The notes beneath the pieces were generated by a model, which searched no databases, had not been told where the DNA came from, and saw only the letters and a list, made by a program, of their open reading frames with translations. Of a stretch of DNA of 64,000 nt, positions 13,515 through 27,025 are shown in pieces (position 1 is the first letter of the stretch; each line of letters starts with the position of its first letter). The DNA lies in NCBI RefSeq assembly GCF_000143415.4, contig NW_003314369.1, positions 496,001 to 560,000 of the forward strand. The letters run 5' to 3'. The stretch is from Selaginella moellendorffii. Taxonomy: Eukaryota > Plantae > Lycopodiophyta. Made by a program: the position numbers and the translations under genes.

Positions 13515-16282
13515 CTATGAGTCTCTCGTCGCGGCGATTAGCATCTCCTTGAGTCTCACAGTGAGCTCCTCGAAACTTGGGCGTTCTTCCCAAGCACTGC
13601 AGAAACATATACTCTGTGTAAGAACTCGTTCACTCACGAAGAAATGAAGAACTCGGGAAGAATCCATTCATTCATTCACTCGGAAGAATTCATTCACTCC
13701 CGAGGAAAGGAAGAACTCATTCACTCGCGAAGAAAGGAAGAACTTTGTACCTTTTCCAACAGTCTTGTATCGTGGCTGCGTATTTTGGATCCAAGCTCTC
13801 GGGCAGTGGCATCCTTTTGTCTTTAAATCCCACCACCGCTATCACCTAGAGCAACAACACAAGAATGTGAAGCTTTGATCAAGGATCGAGGAGAAGACAA
13901 TACTAACCTGTAAAGGATCCAAGTCTTTCCAAGGGACTTCTTCCGTAGCCAGCTCCCATAGTATCACCCCGAAACTGTACACGTCCGACCTGAAATAAAA
14001 CGGAGCAAAACGAGAAAAGAACAGATTAGCAACACACACAGAGCCGATTTCGCAGCTCTCACATGCATACTTTTCACTCGAAGCCTCGCTCCGGAGAACC
14101 TCAGGGGGCATCCACTGCGACTGAAGACATCAAAGTGGCTTGTCAGGAATCAAATCAACCAAAGGAAAGATTTACCGTTCCCATCCGTGCGTTCCCCGTC
14201 AAGAAGTTGGAGTGCTTCAATCGCGAAAGGCTGAAATCTCCAACCTGATACATTTCCCAGTTTTAGCAGCGCTTAAAGCCTCTCCTCAGAGAGTTACCTT
14301 GACTTTGAGATTTTTATCAACCAGTAAGTTTGTAGACTTGAGATCGCGATGAACTATAGGTGGTGTGCAGTTGTGAAGGTAAGTCATCCCGCGAGCCTGT
14401 AAAATGGAGCTAAAATCTCGACAAAAGAGCAAACTATGGCAATACCAACCACGTCCAAAGCCATGCTCAGCTTTCGCTTCCAATCCAAACCCGTTGGCCT
14501 TCTGTGAAGCAACTTAAACAAACTGCCCCTGAAGAAGAAAAAAAAGCCATTGTGAGATTCTAAAGTAACAAATTTGTACCTGGGCATAAGCTCGGTTACG
14601 ATGTAAAGCCGATCCTGAGTCGAGGCAGCACCGAGGAAAAGAACAATATTGGGATGTCTTAACTTTTTCATGATTGAAACCTATACTAAGCATATTAGTC
14701 TCCAGGCACTCGTAGAAATGGCGTGCTCTACCTCTTTCCGAAAGTCCTCCATGCCACTCTCGTTGTACTGAAGTTCGTGAAAGACCTTCACTGCCACGTC
14801 CTACACATACATTGTTAAGACTATAACAAAAAACTTTGAACGTACCAGTCCACACCAAGTCCCACGGTGAACTGTTGCACAGCTTCCTGGGAGATAGAGA
14901 AAACTTACAATCAGAGAAAGAGAGGAAAACACTAACGTACCTTGACCAATTTGATCGTGCAAGCTGAGCGATTCCCAAGTGATCTCATACTCTGGACTTT
15001 CTAGATCATCCCAGACGTGCCTGCTTGAACTACTGCTAGCCGTGCCTGTGCTACTCATACTACTATTGACATCCATGCTAACGATCGGTTGATTTGATGC
15101 GGGAGCCTCCGGATGTTCATGCTCGTCCTTCCGCAAAACAGCCGCCGCAGATGCCAACTCTGCCTCTGTATTAGACCAAGGCCACAGCCGACCCGTCCAC
15201 GACCCCGATCTCGATCTTAAACCAGCGAAGACTCTGCTAGCCTGTGTCAAATCCTCACCACTGCTGCTTCCTCCAGCAGCAGCAGGATTTACCTCCATAG
15301 CGTTCCCTCGCAGGTGCGTTAGAATCTTGGTTGCCTGCACGGACAAAACACCAAGCGATAAAACACAAAGAAAACAAAACCTTGACTTTTACCAGGCTTG
15401 AAAATGTCGCGGCAAAGGGTATTTGCCACGAATCAGCTTGCGCGAAGTCCCTGCTCTTCATAAACGGCCGTGCATCGCTCGACACACAAATCACCCCGAC
15501 GAGCTTCCCGTCGTTGTCGTAAAACGGCGTGTTTGTCATCATGGCAGGAAATATCTCGCCGGATTTTTTTTTGAGTGAGAACTGGCCGACCCACGACTCA
15601 CCGACATAGAGTCGTGACAAGATCTTGGTGGCGCTCTCCACGGCGCTCTTGTCGATCAGAAGCTCAATGAGATCGCGACCGATGGCCTCGGCGGCGGACC
15701 AGCCATATAAGCGCTCGGCCATGCGGTTCCTACGCAAAAAAAAAATTCCATTACCACCGAGCAAAGAAGAAAAAAACTACGCTAGAGAAAAGAAACATGG
15801 AAAAGAAACCAAGGAAAGGAACCCGCAACAAAGAAAAGAAAAAACCAGCAGGAAAACAAACCAAAGAAGAAAGAAAAACGAGAGATCATGTACCAGTATG
15901 TCACCTCAGAAGAAGTCGTGAACATATAAACGGCCTGTCCCATGGACTGGAGAATGTCGTTGTAGCGATCCTCGGCCATGGAAAGCGATTTTAGATCCAG
16001 CGCAGCGCGCAAATCCTTGTCCGAGAGCTTCTCCGAGGACGTCCTTCTCGGCCCGGACGAGTTCTTTGGAGGAGGCGACATGGACATAGATCTTCTTACG
16101 TGCCCCGCTGACGCTTCCTCTTGCTGGAGCCGGAGCGCCTTGACAACTCGCTCCCTCTCCTCTAGAATTTTTTTCATCTCCCGTTCTAGCTTGGTGTGTC
16201 TCTCCTCTAGCCTTCTAATCTCCTCCTGGAGGGAAGAACTACATTGCCCCGGCTCCACCTCCTCGGCCACTGGAGCGTCCAT
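13515..16282 (-). CDS. PAS-domain Raf-like MAPKKK (group B2 type)
   Basis: ATG 16282 (MDAPVAEE), then a coiled coil and a PAS domain ([10 protein letters not shown]...[18 protein letters not shown]...GVICVSSD). Kinase motifs: [52 protein letters not shown]. The last exon [25 protein letters not shown] ends with TAG at 13515-13517. Confidence 0.92.
13620..13745. repeat. Imperfect ~27-bp tandem repeat (gaagaactcattcactcgcgaagaaag-like) in the last intron of the Raf kinase
   Basis: 3-4 degenerate units are visible. They expand this intron to about three times the usual local size. Confidence 0.6.
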
Positions 16283-16926
16283 TTCCCCCCAAAATCCAGC
16301 CCCGAAGCTACAATCCACCAACACGAACCCTTGCCCTGGATTCCAGCCGCCAAGAACCCTCCGATCTCCTGCGTCCGGGAGCTAGCAGCAGCTTCTTACC
16401 TCTCATCGTCGCATCCCGGCGCGCCGGATGGATCCGCCACAACCTAATCCTCTCCGCGGCGCTCACCGGATCAAGAATGCGCTCCAGACGGGCCGGGGCG
16501 GAAATCCTTGCCGCGCTCGCCTGGAAGAGCATAGATCCATGCTCGCCGCCCCAGCGCCGACGAGGAGGCGGCGCGCTAGCCCGGATTATCGCCCCTGGAA
16601 TGGAGAAATCGGTCAAGAATCCAGCCTTGAGAGATTGATTGACAGCGCGAGCGCTAAGTTCTCTTTCCTGCCAGGGAACTGTGGACCTTTACGCCAATCA
16701 TGCACATCCCAGCCGTTGATCTCGTAGCTAGATCAGAAATAGAAATGGCGGCCTGACCGTTGGATCCCATAGATCGTAGCCGTCCGTAGCGAAACGGGTG
16801 CGTTTGGCCGGAAATAAGAATGTGCTTTTCTCTAGGGCAGATAAGAAGCTTCTAAGAAAAGCACGAGGAATATTCACAGGCATAGTTAGAAGCCCTAGTT
16901 CTTGATGCGATGATATTGCGACGACC

Positions 16927-18796
16927 ATGAAGGCTTTGCTCCTTTCGATCGCGGCGATCTTCTTCCTCTCGCATGGAGCGGCAGCTAGAATCGGCATCGG
17001 CGACGAAGAGCGGGTAGGGAATTTCAGAGATTTCTTCGGCAGCGCAGCGGCCGATCCAGCCGATGGAGCCGAGGCAGGGATTCTCGTCACGCTCTCCGAG
17101 ATGGGGATCAGCTACGTCCGCGAGGTTCTCGTCGATAGCGTGCTCCAGGATTTGACGCCGCTCAATCTGCCGAATGTGAAGCGGAGGGTGGAGTGGCCGA
17201 TTGGAATTGTGGATGTGGAGCTCAAGAACATTGTCATTGTTTATGCCAACGTATCGTCATCGAATGTAGATCTCGGGAACACAGGGATCTGGTTCAATGC
17301 TTCAGGGGTCGAGACCAAAGTCTCGCTGGATTGGAAGTACACTTACACGGCATCACTGATTCCATTTCCCATCTCTGATAGTGGCACCGCGACTGCAAAG
17401 GTAAGAAAGGTTTTTGCTTGTTTCAGAGACTTCGACTTGATGAAAAAACCATTTTTTTTCTTAAAGGTGAACGATGGAGACGCATGGTTGCAAGCTACAA
17501 TGCAACAAAAGAATGGAACACTGTCCATTCAGGTGACCGAGTGTAACACCGACTTATCGTCACTAGATTTGGAGCTGCAAGGCGGACAGTCGTGGCTCTA
17601 CCAATGGTGAGTTTATTTTTTCTTGTCGAGGAGCTAGAGGGGAAGATCATTAACAAAGCTTCTTTGTTGCTTGCCAGGTTCGTTTATGCGTTCAAAGGAC
17701 AAATACAAAAATCTGTCGAGTCTGCGCTTACGACACAGGTTCTCGCCGCTGTGAGTCGGCTAAATCGTTTGCTGCTCAGCTTGCCCAGGCAGCTCCAAGT
17801 GGACACCACTTCAGCCGTTGATGTCACGGTTGTCGACGATCCAATTCTCAACCAAAACTATATCAGCGTCGGGGTGATGGGGGAGTTTGTAGATATCGCT
17901 TCCCCCAGCGAAAGAAAGCACCCTCCAAAGAAGCTGCCAGCCGGATTATTATGCATTGATTCAGATGTGAAGATGATCACTGTGGCTCTTGGAGACTACG
18001 TTATTACCTCCGCGTCGGACGTGTACTATAAAGTAAGTCTGCAACGCTTTTGTTTTGTTTTCTATTTTTCGTTAGTGCTCAATGGCTTTCACAGGCAGGA
18101 CGATTAGAGAGGGTCGTGGATAGACTTCCACAGCAGTCCCTCCTCAATACTGCAAGTTGGAGATTTCTGATTCCGCAGCTGTATCGCAAGTTCCCAAACG
18201 ATGATATGTTACTCAACCTTTCTGCTGCTTCTGCCCCCCGGGTTTCTTTTTCAAGGGATGGGATTCGTGCGACCACTACGGCTGACATGACAATAGAGGT
18301 GGTGGACAACAACGAGATTATTCCAGTAGCTTGCATAAGTCTGGTACGATCATACAGAATTCTTCCACTTTGCTTTTTCTTTGCTTATTCTTGTACTTCA
18401 CTTTAGGAAGTTACGCTACATGCTTTGGCCGAGATTGTTGGCACTAACATCACTGGCGAGGCCTCACTTTTGGACTTGAGCCTGGACCTCAAGTGGAGTA
18501 CTATAGGCACTTTTCCAGTAAAGTTCGTCGAGGTAAGCGCCTACTGTTTCTTTCACATTATCTACCTAAAACGTTTGTTGCAACAGGTAGCGACGAGAAC
18601 CATCCTCAAAGACGTGATTCTACCACTGGTGAACTACAATCTCAAGAAAGGTTTCCCGCTGCCCGTCATTCCAGCGATCGAGTTCCAAGAAGCAACCATT
18701 AGATACGAAGACGATTTCCTGCTAATCTGTACAGACATCCGCTACACAGGCCTTCCGCTCCCTCCTCCCGTCGCTCCTTCGTGGTCCACCATCTAA
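16927..18796 (+). CDS. LBP/BPI/CETP-family (TULIP) lipid-binding protein, secreted; multi-exon
   Basis: Signal peptide MKALLLSIAAIFFLSHGAAA. BPI-N motifs GILVTLSEMGISYVREV, DWKYTY...ISDSGTA and LQGGQSWLYQW. BPI-C motifs SLLNTASWRFLIPQLYRKFPNDDM and LPLVNYNLKKGFPLP. Confidence 0.92.
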
Positions 18797-19833
18797 AGAG
18801 GTACATATCGGTCAAATGCAACTCCTTTTCTTCTCGAAAGCCATCACGTTGCTCTTTTTTTCTTTTTTTTTTGTCTTTTTTCTCATATTGTTTTTCTTTC
18901 GCAGATAAAATCTGTAGCATATTCCCCGCGGTTTACGAAAAAGCGGGGCGTCTGTTTCCATCCCTGTCTGTCAAGCGAGACAAAAATGTTGAAATGGAGC
19001 CTCTGACAGATTGCTCAGCCGCGGTACGTCGACATTCTCGGCGTATATAACTTGTGGTGTGTACAGGATCATAGGAGAGAAATAAGTGAGCGTTGGGACA
19101 GTCCATTTCTCCATTCGTCGCGGTGAGTACCTTTCATAGTTTTTGGTTGCGGTGGCTCCACAAGTTTTTGTGAAGAAGAGACAAGCGAGCCGTGCTACTT
19201 GTCCTCAAACTCGAGATCAAGCCGAGCTCTTTAGACAAAAAAAAATTGGCGAGAAGAGCTTGATTACATGCGACAGGACTTAAGAACAAGCAGCACACGC
19301 ATTTACGTTTGTGCCCACTCTAAAACTGGTATCGGTTGGTTGTTTTGGCCAGATTTTTTTGCGCGTCGGCTGCTTGCAATCGCCCTCCAAACCCATTGGA
19401 GTTTCTTTCACTCTAAAAATTTGAGAAAGCTGCCAGTCACCCACTGGGATGTTCTGTCATTACTATATTTTCCTCATACGAATCATAGTTTCCTATATTG
19501 TCAATATCAATCGCTAGCGATCTAGGCTATAATATTGAGCTTTCAAAACAGGCTGTATGGAACAATCGCGGATTAACTCACGAGACAAGGCTGTGGAGAA
19601 TCACAACATGGGAGTATCTTTGCGGGCCTGCTGCTGGAAGAACAGTTTTTTCTATGGACTTATTCCCAGTCCATAAAATCTAAGTTTCCAGTCGGGGGAG
19701 CTGCGTGGTGCACAAACGCCCACGACGCCACATCGCTTTCTCTTCTGGGTGCTATGACTGTGTCCTTTAGAAAAATGGCCCTTCGCTAAGTTGGCCGATC
19801 AAGAATCTTTGGAACAAAGAGAAAAAAGTATTT

Positions 19834-19923
19834 TTTTGCTAGTTTTCCTTTTGACAGGCAGGCTGATCAAACAAAGAAAAGAAAAAACCCTTCCATGGTT
19901 TTGCTGGTTTTCCTTTTGACAGG
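19834..19923 (+). repeat. Two copies of a 25-bp motif ttttgct(a/g)gttttccttttgacagg (part of a ~65-bp tandem duplication)
   Basis: Copies at 19834-19858 and 19899-19923, with 1 mismatch. Confidence 0.75.
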
Positions 19924-20189
19924 TAAAATCTCGCGGAAGAAGCCTTTCAAAGGCTGCCACTCTTTGGTCTGCTTGGTTTGCTCGCTTTAAACTTATCCCT
20001 GGGAGCCAGGGCTCTCCTTTGGACGCTACTCCTTGTCCACGAACAAGGAATGGACGGCGATGATAGATAGATGCATAGACATTGCGAAAAATTTGATCTC
20101 ACGCGCCCACAATTCCTCGAGAAATCCGCGTTATTGTCCCTTCATGACATGGATAGCTACAAAGAAAATGCACAGAAGAAACAAACCTT

Positions 20190-20370
20190 GGGTACACGTG
20201 TCACGCTCGTGGCCGATCAAGCTGCTGACGTGACATGACCGCGGCGCCGCGCTTGACGTCCTACCAGCTGGCGGTGTGGGCCTTTCAAAGTCACGTGGCC
20301 CTACCATAACCACAAAAAGCACATGGAATATGCTAATGAGATGCTTTCCCTGGATCAAAGCCACGTGAAG
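20190..20370. promoter_or_regulatory. G-box/ACGT cluster upstream of the APRR2-like gene
   Basis: CACGTG at 20195, 20292 and 20362, plus TGACGT cores at ~20226 and ~20254, all within 180 bp. Confidence 0.5.
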
Positions 20371-21497
20371 ACTATATCCATTTGGCCGAAGCATAATCCA
20401 ACATTCCCCTGGTTTGTTTTAGTCGGGACAAACACGATTTTGTCAACTCCTTAGCCCTAAAAAAGCTTTTGATTCGATGACGTTTTGCAAACCATGCAAG
20501 GGAATCGAGCAAACGTTGTGGGCCATGGACATGAAATATAATCTCGATTTGGATTATTGCAAAGAAAGGGACATCCGCTTGTAATGTGTCGATCGCAATA
20601 GTCCCAATCACACCAATCAATCAAGACCCTTTTCTTTTCTCCTTTTTATCTACCCCACATAGTAAATTCTTGCCCTAATTTTGTCACACCGCGCCTAATT
20701 TCCCGTGACCCTCTTTCTTCTTTCAAGCAGGCAACCCACCACAACCGCTTACAATGCAATGTTTCAATGCACTCTGTAGATATACATAGCCAGGCATGTG
20801 AATGTGAACAGTAACAGATAAAAGAAAAAAGAAAGCAACCGAAGGTAAAAAGGCAACACGATTCGAACACGAGATTTCCGGGAGCTTTCATTTCAATCCG
20901 CAATGGAAGATTCGCACCTCACCGGCTACACCCGGTGCTCACAGTCCTTCAGTACTGGAAGAGCCGGTCACTTTCCTCTTTGTCTCTTTGTTCTAGCGAA
21001 GAGTGTGGCGAGAACAAGCCGCCATAGATAATAGATGGCGAGTTCTTCCCTCTTTCCTTCTCATTTCCTGGCAGCGATTTTCCAAGAGGAACTGCCGCAG
21101 AGAATCCTCCGCGCCTGAAACGCGGCCCTGGATCGAGAAAGGGAGAAGTTCTCTTACAATTCGCTGGCTTTGAGCTCCAACCAAGTCTCCTGGCCGGGAA
21201 TTCATGGCAAATCCGCCAATGCGTGCTCCACTGGAATGCAGGTTGACACAGGAGGATCCAAACCACCGCCACCATTTTAGTCGTCGCGGCCTTATCCACA
21301 CAGGGCCACAGCGGGGACTACTCATAGTAGCTCAAGAACAGCACTAGGAATCGCAAGCCGGTGGTGCCTGGGAAGAGAACCAAAGGAGTGGATTTGGTCA
21401 GTCCTTTCGAGGAATTTAATGCAGGTTTCAAGCTCGAGAGTGACAGAGGAATCAAAGAACTCACCGCAGAGGGGCTTTGGATCTCGCAGCAGCAGTC

Positions 21498-24184
21498 ATG
21501 CCGCAAGACAAACTCCACGGCTGGAAGGATTTCCCGAAGGGACTGCACGTACTCGTCGCGATTGCCGATGGTGACGACCGGGAGGAAATCAGTGGCATAC
21601 TCCAATCCTGCAGCTATCGAGGTAGAGCGACGGGAAAAGAAAAACTCATCACTCCCTTCTCCTCTTTCTTCCCTGGGATGCTCTGCTCTGCTGCCTCTGA
21701 CTCGTCTCCTTGTTTCTATCGTTTCCTGTTCCAACGTTTTCCCGGTGTCTCGTTCTCGTAATGCTGTCCCGGATCTGCGGAGAAATCGTAGCAAGCTCCT
21801 CCACACGGCGTCCCGCACTGCATACATTAACGTTGGCTTAAGTCTAAAAAATGATATGCCTGTGCAAAGAAAATCTCACGTACCTCTGGCCACGAAACCA
21901 TCCTGTCTGTCTTGTGTGCATCGGGTAGCCAACTGAGTGAAAGAGGTCTTTGTCAGCTCTTTGTATGGTGGATTTACGGACAGCTTTTGTGCATGCGCAG
22001 TCACAGCCTTCACTAGCGAGGAGGATGCTCTCGCGGCGATTGAAAAGCCCAAGACCCCGTTCCATGCCGCAATGGTTGACGTAAGTTTGTGTTGCTTATG
22101 TCGATCCACTCACAATCGTCTTTTGATGTTCCAGGCAACCAATCGGGATATCTTCGATGGCTTCAAGGTGCTCGAGGCTGCAAAGGAGTTGGCCGTCATA
22201 AGTAAGCTGACAGAACTAGCGGGTTTTACCTCACACTGTTTGTGGTTCCTGCGACAGTGATTTCCAGCACAGAGGATATTGAAACCATGATGCGAGCAAT
22301 ATCTGTAAGTAGAAAACACCAGCAATTGCGTCAGATTTTCAATACTTGTTGAAACCAGCTCGGTGCCGCGGATTTCCTCCAAAAGCCTTTCTCCGAGGAG
22401 AAGCTGAAGAATATCTGGCAGCATGTTGCTCGGAAGGTCAGGATACAATTTCTGCAGAACCACCTCGCTCACATTTATCACCTTTCAGGCTATGCTTTCA
22501 ACAAACAGCGAGCCAGCTTCCACAGTAGCCGACCACGAAGTTAAGCCCGAAACGCTTGACGATGGCGACCAAATCGAGAGCCAAATGCAATCGTTTGATG
22601 ATCTGGGATGTATAATTGGGGAGTCATTTCACGAATGCGAAAAGTTCCCAGAAGTAGAGGAACCTGCAGCAACGGAAACCAAAGAAGGTTTTGACGTAAA
22701 CGGTAAACTTTACGACTTAGAAAGAGAGTTCATGAGGTCGACGAACCTGGAGTTTTGCACAGCCGAAGGGACTTGTATAAAACTTGAGATTGACGACACG
22801 CTGGACGACTTGAACCTCGGAGATGGCATCGTTCTAGACGGGGAAGGAGCCACGGAGTTCGAGCTCGACCCTTCATTATTCGTTGGCTTTCCAGATTCTG
22901 ACTCTGACTCTGCGCTGGATATCAACTTCGAAATGCTTGATTCCGGAGACACGCACGAGTCAGAATTTGACGGAGAAGAAGCGATGATGTTGGCTCAAGT
23001 CCTCAAAACCGAGGACGAAGTTGTACGTAACGTTTCGGAATCTTCAGAGTCCATGAGCAGCTCCACAAAGGAAAAGGGTGAAGAGGAGACCAAGCCCGAG
23101 AGAGCAGCAAAAAGCTGCAAATCTGCACCAGGAAGGAAGAAGATGAAGGTGAATCTGCTTCATACGTTAAAAAAAAATACATGTACAAACTAACGTCATT
23201 TTTCAGGTGGACTGGACACCGGAGTTGCATCAAAAGTTTGTACAGGCCGTAGAACAACTTGGCGTCGACAAAGCCATACCGTCCCGTATTCTGGAACACA
23301 TGGGAGTCAAGTGTCTAACGAGGCATAACATTGCGAGCCATTTACAGGTAACTCCTGCAACAACATCATCAAAGATCAGCAAACTAACAGAGAGTGCATA
23401 AAAATCCCACCTTTTCAGAAGTACCGCTCGCACCGGAAACATCTTCTGCAACGAGAGGCCGAAGCAGCAGTAAACTGGAGCCATCGTCGACATTCCGATA
23501 CCTGGTCTAAAAACCGGGCGCCAACCCAGTCACGTCAAACACCAATTTTGCCTGCACCACCACCCGGTGGAGTTCCATTGCTTGTGTGGGGGCATCCAAC
23601 CATCGATCACTCTTCGGCTCATATGTGGCAACAGCAGCAACCACCTGTGACTCCTCCGCCATGGCAAGCACCGGACGGAACCTTGTGGCAACACCCTGCT
23701 GTAAGTTCCTCGGTCTTCGAACTTGAATGATCCAACTTGTGTGGAAACAGGTTTGCTTTCCTCCTTGGGGTCACGCACCAGCACCAGGAACACCAGTTTA
23801 TCCCAACTGCATGGTCTGCTATAAACTTCGAGTTTTCCTTCTTAACCAGTACCTTGTTTCCTTTGTTTTCCGCAGAGAGTACCAGTCGCACCTGTGATTG
23901 CTGTGCCGCAACCCCCTGCACCTCCACTTCCAGGAGAAACTCTCAGCCCCCCGGCATGCCATCCGGTAATCTCTTCATTTTGCCCGGTAGCCTCTGCTGA
24001 TAAAAGTTTCCACGTTGTTCTTTTCTTCCTGGTAAAGCCTCGGGAGGTCGTTGACGCTGTGATAAGTGAGGCCCTCACCAATCCCTGTACACTTCCGCTG
24101 GGACTAAAACCTCCTTCGATGGAAAGTGTGATGTCCGAGCTAGTGAAACAAGGAATCACCATAACACCTCCAACGCCTTCTTGA
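21498..24184 (+). CDS. APRR2: APRR2-like two-component response regulator (receiver + GLK-type GARP/Myb + GCT box)
   Basis: ATG 21498 [20 protein letters not shown] (APRR2 hallmark WKDFPKGL). Receiver: FHAAMVD/ATN...DGFKVLE...[22 protein letters not shown]: [31 protein letters not shown]...[11 protein letters not shown]. Also VWGHP and the GCT box [34 protein letters not shown] at 24182-24184. Confidence 0.92.
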
Positions 24185-25060
24185 CGAGCAAAACCTCTGA
24201 GGTTCAAAAAATCCGTCGACATATACTACTATCGTCGCTTTTTCCCTTCCCGTTTTCCCGTTTTTCGTTGAGGAGACCATGCTGTTCTGCAGAAACATCA
24301 CTGAAAGCCTTGCAAAAGAGCTGAGGTTGTAAAAGTTCCAGTTTTGGCGTGGTGATGTACAGACCTGTACAAGAAATAAAAACACATTTGAGAGATTAAA
24401 AAAAAAAAACACACTTCGATTTCCTGCTAACTCAACTGGTTCCTTCATTCCAGCTTTCAGGTGGCGTCGATCTTTCTCTTTCTCTTCGCAGCACCAGGCC
24501 CTGCCAAACGCATTTATCAGAGTGACATACAAATCTGGAGAATTTCCGTCTCACCCGAGACTCCCTCCGTGTGTCCTTGGCAAAAGATTATTGAATTCGC
24601 TGCCAAGATCGTCCCTCTCACTGTTCCTGTCCACATCCAGACGAGGAAAAGCTTGCAAGAAAAAAGCAGTACAGAAAACATGAACTTACTTTAATCAGCC
24701 GCAGTAGCAAAGGTACTTTAAATCTCACGCCTCTTTGAGCCTGTCTTGGCTGCTACGCAAGAAAAGGTCCGCTCTGATCGCCAGCGAGAAAGTAATAAGC
24801 GAAAGCGAAAGCCTCGCGCAGGAATCGGGTCGCGTTCGTCTGAGCATGTTGATAAAGTTAAACAACTTTATTGACTTCCACTCCCTGCAAGCTATGTACA
24901 ACTTTGGCCAAGGCTACGTTCCACCCATCCGTAATCCATCCATTCCCTGCTTTGATTTTGCTCTGCGAGGCGGATACTATCAGTACGTAACCTGTGTCGA
25001 TTATTTCGATCCTCCTCCTGTCCCGTCCTGTGAGAAGCACTCCTACCCCCTACATTCTTC

Positions 25061-26417
25061 TCATGTCCCTTCACTGCTCTTGTTGGTATCAGACGCTGTC
25101 TTTGGGTGACCATCCAAATCATCCGGACCCGGCTTGGTCCCGCTGGTTTCCTGCTGAAAGGCCTTAAACATCCCCCCTGTGGAGATCGTGTCCACCTTGT
25201 TGGAGCCCGTCGCAATGTCGGCCAGAAACGAGCTGCCGCGGCTGGCATCCCCTTGAGCATCAATCCTCAAAGTTTTCGGGGCCCATAAAGACCCCTCTGG
25301 CCGCTTGGCCGGTCCCGCCCCTGCCACTGACTTCTCGTCCCTCATGTGCTTCCCCAGCGCCGTGTGAACATTCTGAGCGAGAACCTTTGCGGCTGCTGTT
25401 GCCGCGGTCGCGGCCATGCTCCCCCAAGGACTGTTGCTCCAGCCAGCCCAGCCGGGGAGATTCCATGGGCCCGTGCCATTGAAAAAGGCGTAGGGCCAAG
25501 CCGTCGTACCACCGCCACCCTCCCTGCACTCCTGGGCCGGGTTGGACACCGATGACCCGCAAGTCGAGTCGTCTCTGGAATCGTTGCTGCCTTCACTTGT
25601 GCTGCTCTGCTGCTGCTGAGACTGCCTTGAAGGATCCTCTTCAGTGCTGCGTGAAGTCGCGAACCCCCGGATGAAACCAAAACTTCCGCCTCTCCCGGCG
25701 TCGCTTGCTCGGCTAACCTTGCAGCTCGAATCCTGCTGCGGGAGCTTCGTCGCCAGCTTTCTCTCGGAGCTCTGCCCGGGATTCTGCTGAGGAGGAAGAT
25801 CACTCCCGGCAGCGGCAGCAGCACCACCACCACCACCACCACCATTTTCCAATCGCCCGTTCTTGTTCTTCCGGCGCCCGGCACCCACTGGAACGTTTCT
25901 CAGAGTGCCCCCGGCTGTCCAGTACCTCTGGCAGTTCTTGCAAAAGTGTCGAGGCTGGTTGACGTTGTAGTTGTTGAAGTAGCAAAATTTGGTGTCGAGG
26001 CTATGGCAGCGGGGGCAGGACACGGGCTTCTCAGGTCTCTTGAGTGGCCTGCCGCTCCTTTTGTCCTCTTGCTCCTCCGGCCTCCTTGGCACCTCCGCTA
26101 CACCGCCGCCGCGGCCACCGTGATCCTCCTCCTCCTCCTCCCTTTTCAAGGCTTTGTCATCGTCGCTGCCGCTGGTGCTGGCGGAGAAGCTCGCGATCTC
26201 TTCCGCGGTATTCGATATCACCTGTGATGTTTGTTTGCTCGCTAAAACTCGTAGATTTCCAAAAAGCACTTACCTCGGACTTCGCCAATTCAGCGGGCGA
26301 CGCGGCTTGATCCTCGTCCGCCGGTGTCACGGACAGCGAAATCTTCATACCAAACAGCTTCACGGCGTGGGAGAGCTCCCGCTTGGCCGCGCTCTGCCCG
26401 CTTTCTTTCACCGCCAT
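25061..26417 (-). CDS. Cycling-Dof-factor (CDF)-like Dof zinc-finger transcription factor, 2 exons (26417-26274, 26221-25061)
   Basis: N-terminal VKLFGMKI motif. Dof domain [53 protein letters not shown]-type C-terminal boxes LGKH and [11 protein letters not shown]. Confidence 0.93.
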
Positions 26418-26774
26418 GACAAGAAGAAATCCGCCAATGCCAGAACCGGTGCCTAGCTCAGCGTATCTCCAAGAAAGATCGCCGCCTTACTTCTGGCAAG
26501 AATGCAAGTGGCGCGGCGCTGGGGATGGCGATTATGACGCACAGATCAGAAAAGATTGGGGAATTTGGGAGCAAGCGCACCTGGATTGACGAGATTGGCA
26601 TGGATCGGAGCGAAATCGAAGCTGTGGGAGCGCACATTCCATCAAACCCTGACCAGAGGCCGCCGCGAGAGACGAGGCGAGAGCGAAGAAAGGAGATAAA
26701 AGAAAAACAGTGTTTTTAGGGTTTATAATAAGCTGTTTACTTCAAAATCGGCTTCTATGATTAGGACCATATCG

Positions 26775-27025
26775 CGACTGACGTGGCGCGCCAGCATTGG
26801 GTGCACAATAAAGTGACCACGAGGGCCTTTGCCTACGTGGCGGTAGCAAAATTTCGCCGGAAATCCTCTTCGTTGGTTTTCAAGGAGAAATCCACATCGT
26901 AGAAGATGATCTTTTTGGTCCGCCACGTAGAAAGGCCGGCTGCCACGTGACGCGTCATGGTAGGCAGAAAAGATATGCAAGTAAAAGACTCTTTTTGGTA
27001 CTGGATAAGCACGGGCCACGTGATG
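26775..27025. promoter_or_regulatory. ABRE/G-box (ACGTGGC) cluster upstream of the CDF-like gene
   Basis: Five ACGTGGC/GCCACGT sites (~26780, 26834, 26922, 26942, 27015) in 250 bp, ending where the AT-rich TE block begins. Confidence 0.6.

Noticed and set aside
179-13552. Numerous plus-strand ORFs opposite dynein exons
   Set aside because: Antisense shadows of coding sequence.
19995-20012. gggagccagg resembling a miR160 target core
   Set aside because: Only 10 nt match, flanks disagree, and no hairpin or ARF gene is present.
21318-21936. ORFs of 191 aa (+) and 169 aa (-) over APRR2 exon 1 and intron 1
   Set aside because: No motifs; they overlap the better-supported APRR2 frame.
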